From Bacteroidales bacterium (lineage in GTDB: Bacteria > Bacteroidota > Bacteroidia > Bacteroidales > VadinHA17): 49,586 nt of DNA. The stretch is taken from positions 1 to 49,586 of the forward strand of contig JAAYKX010000245.1 in NCBI GenBank assembly GCA_012522155.1. The letters are read 5' to 3'. The notes beneath the pieces were generated by a model that saw nothing but the letters and a program-made list of their open reading frames with translations, searched no databases and had not been told where the DNA came from. The position numbers were made by a program, and so were the translations under genes. Below, piece after piece: positions 29,886 through 38,237 of this stretch. Positions within the stretch are counted from its first letter, which is position 1, and each line of letters opens with the position of its first letter.

Positions 29886-31682
29886 TTACCTGAAATGAAA
29901 ATAATACCAGAAAGTATTGCCGAATTCCTTCTCCAGCTTGTCCTTCATTGTTGACGGATCATTTCTGGCGGCAAGATAGGCTTTAAAATATCTGTCAAAA
30001 CGTGCCGCCGTTTCCCTGTTCATCCGCAAGCCTCCAAGATCCGGGAAAACACCGGTGCTGTTGTAATAAACAAGTATTGCCTCTTCTATGTGGCGGGGAA
30101 TACTGGTATAGCCCGACTCTTCCAGTCCGGAAATATTATTCACAATAATTTCAACCTTCCCGGTAAGCAGAAGTCCTGCAAGATAATATTCTATGGCTCT
30201 TCTGTTTTCAGGGTTCCCCTCAAGAAGCAGGGGAAGGTTATTCTGCGGCTCATTGAACTGGATAAAAAAGCTGTTACGGGGAAGGAGATCTGCCCTTGGT
30301 CCGAGATCGGAATGCGATCCGATAAGTTCCGGGTCCACTGCCAGTTTCTCATATTCTTTAGCCCAGGACCTGTAGAAAATTGTACGTTTCAGTATTTTAA
30401 GATATTTCCCGGCCATTCTGATATCTCCGTTAAGAATGCTTGTACGTACAAGCATCTGCATGTTCTGCGGCCGTATGCCATAAACTGTCATCTCTTCATA
30501 GGCCCAGCGACGGGCTTCATTGACCAGTCCGACAGAATAATAAAAATACCCTCCCCTGTTAAGATGTTCACCACCCCATGGCAGGACCAGTGCTCCGGCA
30601 CTGAAATCCTGTCTCCCGGCAAACAGTCTTTCACACAGCTGATCTGTTTCCGAGAGAGCATAATTGTAGAAATATTGCCCTATAAGGTTTCTCGAAGGTT
30701 TTTTTCCATGCAGTCTCACAGCCTCTTCAAACTTTCCGGAAAATACCAGCCTTTCTATTTCCACCACCCGTGATGTCTGCGGACTGAATATCCTGAACAC
30801 ACAATATATGGCAGCAAGAAATAAAAAAAAGGAAGCTGCAAGCGGATAAACAGGTCTGCTCACATGCCTTGTTCCCCTGCCTGCCGCTACCCTGAATATC
30901 AACGGATAAAAAACCATGCAGGCTGCCAGCAGGATAAAGAGCGTCCTGTAAAAAGGATTTTCAAGCAATGGAAAGGGTGAAAATATGATCTGTCCTGCCG
31001 GCTGCAGGAAAAATACCTTCCTGAAGAGAATAAATACCACGGCTCCTGCAATAGCTGTTGCCATAATCCTGACAGTCATCCTCTTTTTGTCTTCAAAACA
31101 GATGTTGTGTACAATATACATCATCATGAAGATCAATGTATATGCACCAATTATATAATATAACACGGGGAAGGCAGAAATTATCAGATGGTGCCTGTAT
31201 CTCAGGCCTGATGAAACCACGGCAAGATATAAGGCCATAACAACAAGGTAAGCCAGATTATACTCCATCAGATGATAATAATTCGCCTGCATTACTGCAA
31301 GAAGCAGCGGAGGTATCAGGGCAAGCGGCAGGTAAAAGGGGTTTTCCGGTATCAGCCGCCTGGTGGTTCTTACAGAAACGATAAGAGTAAGGGTCAGTAC
31401 CGCCGAAAGTACGAGTGCTCCCGTAAATCTCAGCGCATAAAACTGTTCAAGAAATCTTGCTGCATATTCAAGAGGTCCGCCGCTTTTGACCAGGTAGCCC
31501 GTGAAATAGTCAGTTGTATAGAGAAAAAGGTTCTGGGTCTCCTGAAAATAGAGAACATAATTACCCGGAAAACAGAAATAACAAAATACTGCCACAAAGA
31601 AAAGGACAATAGCCGCCTGGTAATAATTTCTCATTTCCGATATTTGTTTTTTCATCCTTTCACTAATGAACAGGCCTTTCAT
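29886..31682 (-). CDS. Large polytopic membrane protein with C-terminal soluble helical domain (DUF6057-like), function unknown
   Basis: 598 aa. There are about 10 hydrophobic helices in the first 300 aa or so, then a helical-repeat-like region ending ...FGNTFWYYFHFR. Alternative ATGs at 31655 and 31634 would remove the 20-nt overlap with the upstream gene. The family name is from memory. Confidence 0.7.
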   Translation of the reverse strand: MKGLFISERMKKQISEMRNYYQAAIVLFFVAVFCYFCFPGNYVLYFQETQNLFLYTTDYFTGYLVKSGGPLEYAARFLEQFYALRFTGALVLSAVLTLTLIVSVRTTRRLIPENPFYLPLALIPPLLLAVMQANYYHLMEYNLAYLVVMALYLAVVSSGLRYRHHLIISAFPVLYYIIGAYTLIFMMMYIVHNICFEDKKRMTVRIMATAIAGAVVFILFRKVFFLQPAGQIIFSPFPLLENPFYRTLFILLAACMVFYPLIFRVAAGRGTRHVSRPVYPLAASFFLFLAAIYCVFRIFSPQTSRVVEIERLVFSGKFEEAVRLHGKKPSRNLIGQYFYNYALSETDQLCERLFAGRQDFSAGALVLPWGGEHLNRGGYFYYSVGLVNEARRWAYEEMTVYGIRPQNMQMLVRTSILNGDIRMAGKYLKILKRTIFYRSWAKEYEKLAVDPELIGSHSDLGPRADLLPRNSFFIQFNEPQNNLPLLLEGNPENRRAIEYYLAGLLLTGKVEIIVNNISGLEESGYTSIPRHIEEAILVYYNSTGVFPDLGGLRMNRETAARFDRYFKAYLAARNDPSTMKDKLEKEFGNTFWYYFHFR

Positions 31683-33228
31683 TATCTTTTTCAGCTGCTC
31701 TTATTTTTGCTTCATCAGGTATCAGCACAGAAGCATCACTGTCACCCGCCCGGGCAGGTACTATCTTATTTTTTGATGCAGCAACAAAATCCCGCGGCTT
31801 CACTTTGATCCTTCCGCTGACAAATTCGGGAATATTGAAGGATTCCAGCATCCTGCCATATATGTCCGGATCTTTCTGGGGAAGAATAAATTCCTTGCCC
31901 TGCCTGCCTTCAGAATCGATATATGCAAAAAACGGCCTGCTGCTCCTGCCGTCGGTCCTTCTGCTGCTAAATACCAGCCACCTCCCGTTGCCGGACCAGG
32001 TATGATAGCTTTCCGTTTCATCACTGTTGATATCCATCCGGCTGCTTCCCCCGTTTACAAGATCTAGAAGGTAAAGGTCAGCTTCGCGATGCTGTACCGG
32101 GAAAGTCCCGTAATCGGCAAGTGTACATACAAGGAATCTTCCATCCGGGGAAATACGGGGTAAAGAGACACTTTTTCCCATCGCCTGTGCGTCGAACACT
32201 ATTTCTGTTTCCCCGAATGTTCCTGTATCCGGGTCAAACAATTTCCTGGCAAGATTGTAGCGGGTAGCCTGTATTTCCTCCATTTCGGGACTGTAACCCG
32301 ATTCATACTGGGGAGCCCTGCAGAAATAGAGAAATCTGCCATCCGGTGACCATGAGGGAAAGGTCATCAGGTATTCGGCAGTATCTCTGTCACTGATACT
32401 GAAAGTTTTATTTTCCTGCCTGTCGTAAAGAATAAGTGAAGAAAAAAGATCGAATACCTCTATGTCCTTTTCGGCTACGGAATAAAAACTCTGCCTCACC
32501 TGATTGGATGAAAAGGCAAGGAACCTCCCTCCCGGATGCCATGCCGGATAGGTCGCCCCTCCCGGGATCCCCTCTATTTCAGGATCTGTCCTGGTTATTT
32601 TTCCGTTTTCGGCAAAATAGGTACCCCCGAGCGAACCCCTTATGTGAATCATGAACCTGTCGGGACTGTTATTGTTGAAGGAATGACAATTGGCACAGTT
32701 CTTTTCCATCATCCGGTTGTTAAAAACCGGACTTACCCTGAAACTGCCGGTCGAACGCTGCACTATCCTTATACCCGACCAGCTGTAATATCCAGGATAG
32801 ATCAGGCGGTATGCCAGGTACGGATCAATAGGGTCATCAGCAACATGCATGGAAAAGGGAGTATAGCGTTTCATATCCTTTCTGCCCTCTGAAGAATAAA
32901 TTTCAATCACGATACTGTCCCCGCGGCTTTCTTCAAGCAATCTCTTCCATTTACGGGCGGGAAAGCTGACCTTTCCCTTGCCTGACCTGATGATAAACTG
33001 ATAAGCGCCCGGGGAAAATACTCTTATCCTGTAACAACTTCCTTCCTCCCTTATCATGAAATTCATGGGGGCAATATTTGGGGGAATGGTAACATCAGTA
33101 TAGTCGGGCTCAATAACAGCTTCCCTCCCTTCGCAGATAATACTTTTATCATTGACCGTCCTGCAGTATGCACAGGAGATCAACAGAAGGACGAGTGTAA
33201 ATGATCTGATCTTTTTCAACGACAGCAT
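31663..33228 (-). CDS. TolB-like (PD40 beta-propeller) lipoprotein with a single CXXCH motif
   Basis: From ATG 33228 it reads MLSLKKIRSFTLVLLLISC (lipobox). It has repeated SPDGRFL/HPGGRFL/SGNGRWL PD40-type blades and the motif NCANCHSF. The track start at 33300 adds a non-signal extension. Confidence 0.75.
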   Translation of the reverse strand: MLSLKKIRSFTLVLLLISCAYCRTVNDKSIICEGREAVIEPDYTDVTIPPNIAPMNFMIREEGSCYRIRVFSPGAYQFIIRSGKGKVSFPARKWKRLLEESRGDSIVIEIYSSEGRKDMKRYTPFSMHVADDPIDPYLAYRLIYPGYYSWSGIRIVQRSTGSFRVSPVFNNRMMEKNCANCHSFNNNSPDRFMIHIRGSLGGTYFAENGKITRTDPEIEGIPGGATYPAWHPGGRFLAFSSNQVRQSFYSVAEKDIEVFDLFSSLILYDRQENKTFSISDRDTAEYLMTFPSWSPDGRFLYFCRAPQYESGYSPEMEEIQATRYNLARKLFDPDTGTFGETEIVFDAQAMGKSVSLPRISPDGRFLVCTLADYGTFPVQHREADLYLLDLVNGGSSRMDINSDETESYHTWSGNGRWLVFSSRRTDGRSSRPFFAYIDSEGRQGKEFILPQKDPDIYGRMLESFNIPEFVSGRIKVKPRDFVAASKNKIVPARAGDSDASVLIPDEAKIRAAEKDNERPVH

Positions 33229-33383
33229 TTTCTGAATATTTACCCTGAACAGCTCCGGCCGGACAGACTGACCTGAATATCCGGGTTTCCTGCCAGACAA
33301 TAAAGTTAGGATTTTTATTGAAACAGCAGATGCTTTGCTGCCATCTGCAAAACAAATTCAGGCATCCATGCTGACACTGAACC

Positions 33384-33465
33384 CGAATATGACATCAAGC
33401 CATGGTCTGATGCAGTGAAGGAAACAAAAATATGCACCGGATTTGCGCGACAGATTCTTATTTGA
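33384..33465. repeat. Copy 2 of the 82-bp perfect direct repeat: an orphan isomerase 3' end lying 3 nt from the pnuT stop
   Basis: Identical to 24321-24402. In the corresponding frame a stop lies 15 codons upstream of the similarity, so this copy is a fragment and not a gene. Confidence 0.95.
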
Positions 33466-33468
33466 TTA

Positions 33469-34323
33469 TCAGCTGCCGGTACGCAGACTTTTTTTCCAGG
33501 CTGCCAGTCCGGCAAACGACATTATCAGATATATAATATAAAGCACCATTGTCGGATACAGCCCCCTGGTGAAGAACAGGACGAAGGCAGCAGAATTTGC
33601 AATGATCCACAGGTACCAGTGCTCATAAATCTTCCGCGCCAGCATCCAGGTAGCTATTACTGAAAAGGAAGTAATAAAGGAATCCCATAACGGAACCGGA
33701 GAATCCGTAAACCTGTCCAGAACATACCAGATAGCGGTACAGATCACAAGCAGGATAATGGCCAGTATCACTGCCAGACCGGATGTGATTCGCGATACTT
33801 CAAGCTTTTTTGTCTCCACCACCTCAATTCCCTTCACCTTTTCCTCTCCCGGCCTCCCGGTCTCCGTATTCACCGGCTCTTCAGCCTCCGGGGCTCCCGG
33901 CTGTCCGGTCTCCGGGTCCCTTAGCCGCTCAGCCTTCCGGTCCTCTGTCCGGCTGCTCCTGTCATGTATTTCCCGGCCCACCCCTTCCCCTGCTGTCCGG
34001 AGCTCTCCTCCCGCATCTCCCGAAACTCTCCTCTTATCACGTGACTGGCTGCCGGAAGAAGGAGATGCTGTCCGGGGTTTTTCCCTTATCTGCTTTCCCC
34101 ACCAGTACCATCCGATAATACTGATAACCAGATAATATGCCTGAAGAGACATTTCAGCATAAAGTCTGCCTGTGAAAAAAACCCATAAATAGACTGCTGA
34201 TGTGACTATGCCGACCGGCCACAGCAGGATGTTCTGCCTTATTTCCAGGAAAACATAGACGACACCTGCCAGTGCACCAAATATTTCAATATAATTTTTT
34301 GATATCCAGCTTATTACTTCCAT
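33469..34323 (-). CDS. pnuT: PnuC-family transporter (thiamine-type, PnuT) with a roughly 90-aa low-complexity loop insert
   Basis: ...IRQNILLWPVGIVTSAVYLWVFFTGRLYAEMSLQAYYLVISIIGWYWWGK... and the C-terminal half match PnuC. It lies downstream of a TPP-riboswitch-controlled TonB receptor. ATG 34323 is preferred. An in-frame GTG at 34389 would add a duplicated 22-aa N-terminus. Confidence 0.85.
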   Translation of the reverse strand: MEVISWISKNYIEIFGALAGVVYVFLEIRQNILLWPVGIVTSAVYLWVFFTGRLYAEMSLQAYYLVISIIGWYWWGKQIREKPRTASPSSGSQSRDKRRVSGDAGGELRTAGEGVGREIHDRSSRTEDRKAERLRDPETGQPGAPEAEEPVNTETGRPGEEKVKGIEVVETKKLEVSRITSGLAVILAIILLVICTAIWYVLDRFTDSPVPLWDSFITSFSVIATWMLARKIYEHWYLWIIANSAAFVLFFTRGLYPTMVLYIIYLIMSFAGLAAWKKSLRTGS

Positions 34324-34389
34324 AAACGACACCGTCAGTGCAACAAATATATCAATATAATTTTTTGATATCCAGCCTATTACTTCCAC
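34279..34389. repeat. 45-bp direct repeat with 66-bp period duplicating the first 15 codons of pnuT (34279-34323 and 34345-34389)
   Basis: The copies differ at 3 of 45 positions. They encode MEVISWISKNYIEIF and (GTG)EVIGWISKNYIDIF. Confidence 0.9.
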
Positions 34390-34404
34390 GATAAATTGCC
34401 GGAA

Positions 34405-34529
34405 TTTTCAAAACAGCAACTCAGCCCTTAGCATGAAATTTATTCCTGCCTGCGGAAAACAATCAATACCAAAGTTTTCAAAACAGCAACTCAGCCCTCA
34501 GCATGAAATTTATTCCTGCCTGCGGAAAA
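34405..34529. repeat. 55-bp direct repeat with 70-bp period duplicating the last 16 codons plus stop of the TonB receptor gene (34405-34459 and 34475-34529)
   Basis: One mismatch, a synonymous CTG/CTA. Both copies encode PQAGINFMLRAELLF*. Confidence 0.9.
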
Positions 34530-36910
34530 TAATAGGCCCAGGTCTTTTCAATTCCGTCTTCATACCAGTTGCCGCCATAGGCGTTGCTTTCATATCTGCT
34601 GTTGAAAATATTGTTCAGCATGAACTGGAAGCGGGTGTTTTTCAATCCCCGGACCACAGGCTCAAAGTCAATCCGGAAATTATTGACAAAATAGGGATTG
34701 ATCTTTCTCCGGCTGCTCATGGTATTGTCAAAATATTGCTTTCCCATATATTTACTTGTAAAATGCAGTTCAGTATTTTTTAAAACCCTGAACTTTAAAT
34801 CACTGACTCCTGTCACGGAAGGGGAATATGCTATATCAACCGTCCCCAGCTCCTTGCTTTTATATTCCGCCGACCAGTCAGATGTGTTATAATCAATATA
34901 ATATTCGGTGAATCCGGAAATCTTGTTCCGGCTAAGGGTAATACTGAAATCCCAGTTGAAAAATGCTGCAGGCTTCAGGGCAGATACCAATTCTATACCC
35001 AGACGGTGACTTTTCGGGACATTCGTCATGATTGAACGGCCGGTGCTGCTCAGTTCACCTGTCGGGACCAGCTGGTCCCTGTAATACATTGCATACAGGT
35101 TGGCCGTCACGGAATATTTTTCGCCTCTTCTTTTGTATCCCAGCTCCGTATCGTAAAGTGTTTCATGTTTCGGTGTTGCCCCGGGATCATCTGCTGCTTC
35201 CTTGAAATCGGTCCTGGTGGGTTCGCGGTTAGCCACGGAAAAGGAAAGATATACATCCTGATTCCGGTTAATGGAATAAAACAGGCCCGCCCTGGGATTA
35301 AAGAAGTGGAAATTATGCTTCTGGTCAAGATCTTTCAGATCATCATCCTTACCCTTCATCCTGTAATTAATGTGTCTGAACTGCAGGTCGGTAAAAAATG
35401 AAAGCTTCGTGGTCAGCAAATATTCAAGCTTCCCGAAAATGTTGAATTCTCCCTTGATGCCGCTGTTCAGATACCACTGATAATCCTTCTCCAGGTCACC
35501 GCTGTACCTCATCCAAATCAGCCGCCCGTAATGGTCACCCGAATAGTGATTGGCTCCTCCACCCAGAATGCCCTCCAGCTTTTCATTCCTGTATTTGACG
35601 GAATAGACCAGTCCGTAGAAATCGTTCTTCATCCATTTTCTTCTGACAAGATCGCTTCTGCTGATTACAAAGCCATTCAGATCTGTCTCCGGGAGACCAT
35701 AGGCGGACAAACTGCTGTTTTCCTTATACTGTTCATAATAACCCTTGCCGTTTGTATAATGAAGTGCGGTGCTGAAACTAAAATTCTCACCGGCTTTTGT
35801 ATCATAAATGATACGGTAATGGTTCTGCCTGTAGTTGTCACTTTCATTGTCATAATACCGCACAATACCGTCTGTGCCGGTATATTCCCCTGCCGGATTA
35901 TATTTCCTGTTAACGGAAAGCATCTCCGCAGGAACTCCCAGCCATCCGATCCCGGTATGTTCCTCCCCCAGGATTATACTGGCCCTGAGGCCGGACCGGC
36001 CGCTCCGGAAAGCACCGTTTATGAATGCCGATCGGTGATCAGAGCCGGTTCTGTCAATATATCCGTCACTTTTCACATCCGAAAATCTAAGCCCGAAAGC
36101 AAACCTGTCTGCCAGCAGTCCTGTACCGGCAGCAATCATTTTACGGGATGTATTAAAAGAACCTAGCGATATGCCTGCCTGTGCAAAAGGCTCATTACCC
36201 ACAGTAGCGGTCTGCATGTTAAGGCTTGCCCCGAATGCTCCGGCACCGTTTGAAGAAGTCCCTGCCCCTCTCTGCACCTGTATGTTATCGACAGATGATG
36301 CAATATCAGGGAGATTCACCCAGAACACCTGCTGTGATTCGGAATCATTGACCGGAATACCGTCAACAGTGACGTTTATCCTGCTTGCATCACTTCCCCT
36401 TATTCTGAGATTGGTATAACCGACCCCGTTGCCTGATTCGGAAGTTTCAACCAGGGAAGGAGTCAGGCCAAGCAGAAAGGGCAGGTCCAGGCCGCTGTTC
36501 TGTCTCGATACAACTTCCCTGTCAACCGTGGTATATGCCATTGGCGAACGGGAGCCTGCCCGTGTTGCATTCACAATGACCTCACCTGCCATGAAGGACT
36601 TTTCCACAAGAATCACATCCAGAACAAGCTCTCCGGCCAGATCAACATTTACAAGCTTCGGTTCATAGCCGACAAATGAAAATTTTAATCTATAAACACC
36701 ATCTCTCAGACCATCAAGATGATAATAACCATCCTCATCGCTGTGTGTTCCACGGAACGTACCCTCAATGCTTATGCCCGCACCGGAAAGAGCCCCACCC
36801 TCCTCTCCGCTTATCATACCGCGGATCACGGAATTACCTTCCTGAAAAGCAAAAGACTGCCGGAAAGTGAAAAGGCATACAATAAAAATCAAAATACTCT
36901 TTCTACTCAT
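34478..36910 (-). CDS. TonB-dependent outer-membrane receptor, probable thiamine receptor (riboswitch-controlled)
   Basis: 810 aa with a signal peptide, a carboxypeptidase-regulatory-like N-domain, plug and barrel, and a terminal aromatic residue. A TPP riboswitch precedes it and pnuT follows it. Confidence 0.9.
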   Translation of the reverse strand: MSRKSILIFIVCLFTFRQSFAFQEGNSVIRGMISGEEGGALSGAGISIEGTFRGTHSDEDGYYHLDGLRDGVYRLKFSFVGYEPKLVNVDLAGELVLDVILVEKSFMAGEVIVNATRAGSRSPMAYTTVDREVVSRQNSGLDLPFLLGLTPSLVETSESGNGVGYTNLRIRGSDASRINVTVDGIPVNDSESQQVFWVNLPDIASSVDNIQVQRGAGTSSNGAGAFGASLNMQTATVGNEPFAQAGISLGSFNTSRKMIAAGTGLLADRFAFGLRFSDVKSDGYIDRTGSDHRSAFINGAFRSGRSGLRASIILGEEHTGIGWLGVPAEMLSVNRKYNPAGEYTGTDGIVRYYDNESDNYRQNHYRIIYDTKAGENFSFSTALHYTNGKGYYEQYKENSSLSAYGLPETDLNGFVISRSDLVRRKWMKNDFYGLVYSVKYRNEKLEGILGGGANHYSGDHYGRLIWMRYSGDLEKDYQWYLNSGIKGEFNIFGKLEYLLTTKLSFFTDLQFRHINYRMKGKDDDLKDLDQKHNFHFFNPRAGLFYSINRNQDVYLSFSVANREPTRTDFKEAADDPGATPKHETLYDTELGYKRRGEKYSVTANLYAMYYRDQLVPTGELSSTGRSIMTNVPKSHRLGIELVSALKPAAFFNWDFSITLSRNKISGFTEYYIDYNTSDWSAEYKSKELGTVDIAYSPSVTGVSDLKFRVLKNTELHFTSKYMGKQYFDNTMSSRRKINPYFVNNFRIDFEPVVRGLKNTRFQFMLNNIFNSRYESNAYGGNWYEDGIEKTWAYYFPQAGINFMLRAELLF

Positions 36911-36984
36911 CTTTCAAGATATTTCCTGCTTTAACCCTGTATTTTCCGAATACGGGACTTTAATCTTCAGGCTGCCTTGAAATG

Positions 36985-37070
36985 TGAGTTTGTTTCCCTC
37001 CGCCGGCATTATCCGGATCAGGTGTAAGGGTATGATCTCAGCCCGTAGTATTAAGGCACCCCATTTTCAG
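36985..37070 (-). promoter_or_regulatory. TPP (THI-box) riboswitch
   Basis: The minus strand reads ...AAUGGGGUGCCUUAAUACUACGGGCUGAGAUCAUACCCUUACACCUGAUCCGGAUAAUGCCGGCGGAGGGAAAC... All conserved blocks are present (GGGGUGC, CUGAGA, ACCC, CCUGAUCNGGAUAAUGCCNGCG, AGGGA). It ends about 80 nt upstream of the receptor ATG. Confidence 0.93.
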
Positions 37071-37151
37071 ATGACACAAAGATACAGCTTTTTTTCTCTG
37101 ATTCAATTTTTTGCTAATTTAGCTGTTCACTATGATTCTGCGACAGAAAGT

Positions 37152-37568
37152 ATGCTCAACAAACTCAATTATAAAGGATATAACAGGATAGCCATAATAA
37201 ACGCCGGGGATGAGTTCCTTGAAAAAGTATCAGGTAAGTACAGTGAAGTAATTATTGACACTGAGATAGACCAGAGGTGCGCTTACAGTTTCATGTTAAT
37301 TTTTGTCACCACCATAAGGGAAGTAAACAATATCTCTCCTTTGGCCCTGCATAATCTGACAGCAGACGGAACCCTGTGGTTCTGTTATCCGAAGAAATAT
37401 GCAAAAAAGTTTTCAAGGGAACCGGAGTACTACAAAAGCTGGAAATCACTTAACGATATGGGCTTTCACGGGACAAGGATGGTCTCTGTCGATGAATACT
37501 GGTCAGCCCTGAGGTTCCGCAATATCAAGTACATCAAATCAGGTCCGGGAAAATCTGCGGGTAAGTAG
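37152..37568 (+). CDS. Hypothetical protein, 138 aa (possibly DUF3052-like)
   Basis: ATG 37152 (MLNKLNYKGYNRIAIINAGDEF...). The track ORF start at 36984 overlaps the riboswitch on the opposite strand and is unlikely. The family guess is from memory only. Confidence 0.6.
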   Translation: MLNKLNYKGYNRIAIINAGDEFLEKVSGKYSEVIIDTEIDQRCAYSFMLIFVTTIREVNNISPLALHNLTADGTLWFCYPKKYAKKFSREPEYYKSWKSLNDMGFHGTRMVSVDEYWSALRFRNIKYIKSGPGKSAGK

Positions 37569-37649
37569 GCCGGGTAATGGGATTTGCAGAAACGGAACGG
37601 GATTCCGGAAAGACAGAAGACAGGGTTTACGGAGACGGAACATATAAAT

Positions 37650-38210
37650 ATGAAAGTCATGATAAAAACCACCAGAATCAACACTCCCCTGGGCGAAATG
37701 ATTGCTGCTGCCACAAATGAAGGGATCTGTATGCTGGAGTTTGCGGATTGTATAAAGTTATCCAAAGAACTCAGTGAGCTGAAAAAACTTCTGAATTCCG
37801 ATATCAGACAGGGCCGTAACATTCATCTCAGACATCTGAAAAAGCAGCTGAAGGAATATTTTGCAGGCAGGAGAACGGAGTTTGACCTTCCCCTTCTGAC
37901 ACCGGGCACTGATTTTCAGCAGGCTGTATGGAATGAGCTCCTGAAAATACCCTACGGTGAAACAATTTCTTACCGGAAACAGGCTGATGCATTAAATAAT
38001 CCCCTGGCAGTAAGGGCGGTGGCAGGAGCCAACGGATCAAACAGAATAGGTATCATCATTCCCTGCCACAGGGTGATCGGTTCTGACGGCAGCCTGGTAG
38101 GTTACGGAGGCGGAGTAAGAAGAAAAAAGTGGCTTCTCGACCACGAAAAAAAATATTCGGGTCAGCCGGTAACAATGCCTCTTTTCCAGAAATCGCATTA
38201 TCTGCTATAA
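37650..38210 (+). CDS. ogt: Methylated-DNA-protein-cysteine methyltransferase
   Basis: Active site IIPCHRVIGSDGSLVGYGGG. ATG 37650 (MKVMIKTTRINTPLGEMIAA) gives 186 aa. Confidence 0.92.
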   Translation: MKVMIKTTRINTPLGEMIAAATNEGICMLEFADCIKLSKELSELKKLLNSDIRQGRNIHLRHLKKQLKEYFAGRRTEFDLPLLTPGTDFQQAVWNELLKIPYGETISYRKQADALNNPLAVRAVAGANGSNRIGIIIPCHRVIGSDGSLVGYGGGVRRKKWLLDHEKKYSGQPVTMPLFQKSHYLL

Positions 38211-38237
38211 CTGCCGCATACATTCATGCAGGAGAGG

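Noticed and set aside
24403-33383. Integrative/conjugative element, prophage or defence island inside the repeat-bounded block
   Set aside because: No integrase, transposase, relaxase, phage structural gene, restriction-modification, toxin-antitoxin or other defence gene could be recognised. Only the repeat architecture suggests mobility, so the block is reported as a finding and is not annotated as a mobile element.
24301-33465. Diversity-generating retroelement (VR at a gene 3' end plus a nearby TR copy)
   Set aside because: There is no reverse transcriptase. The copies are 9 kb apart and 82 nt are identical. The four mismatches in the adjacent 20 nt are not confined to adenine positions of one copy. 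The shorter gene-end duplications elsewhere are likewise near-identical and not A-mutagenised.
36984-37151. Upstream part of track ORF 36984..37568
   Set aside because: It overlaps the TPP riboswitch on the opposite strand and reads as non-protein-like sequence. The internal ATG at 37152 gives a compact 138-aa protein.
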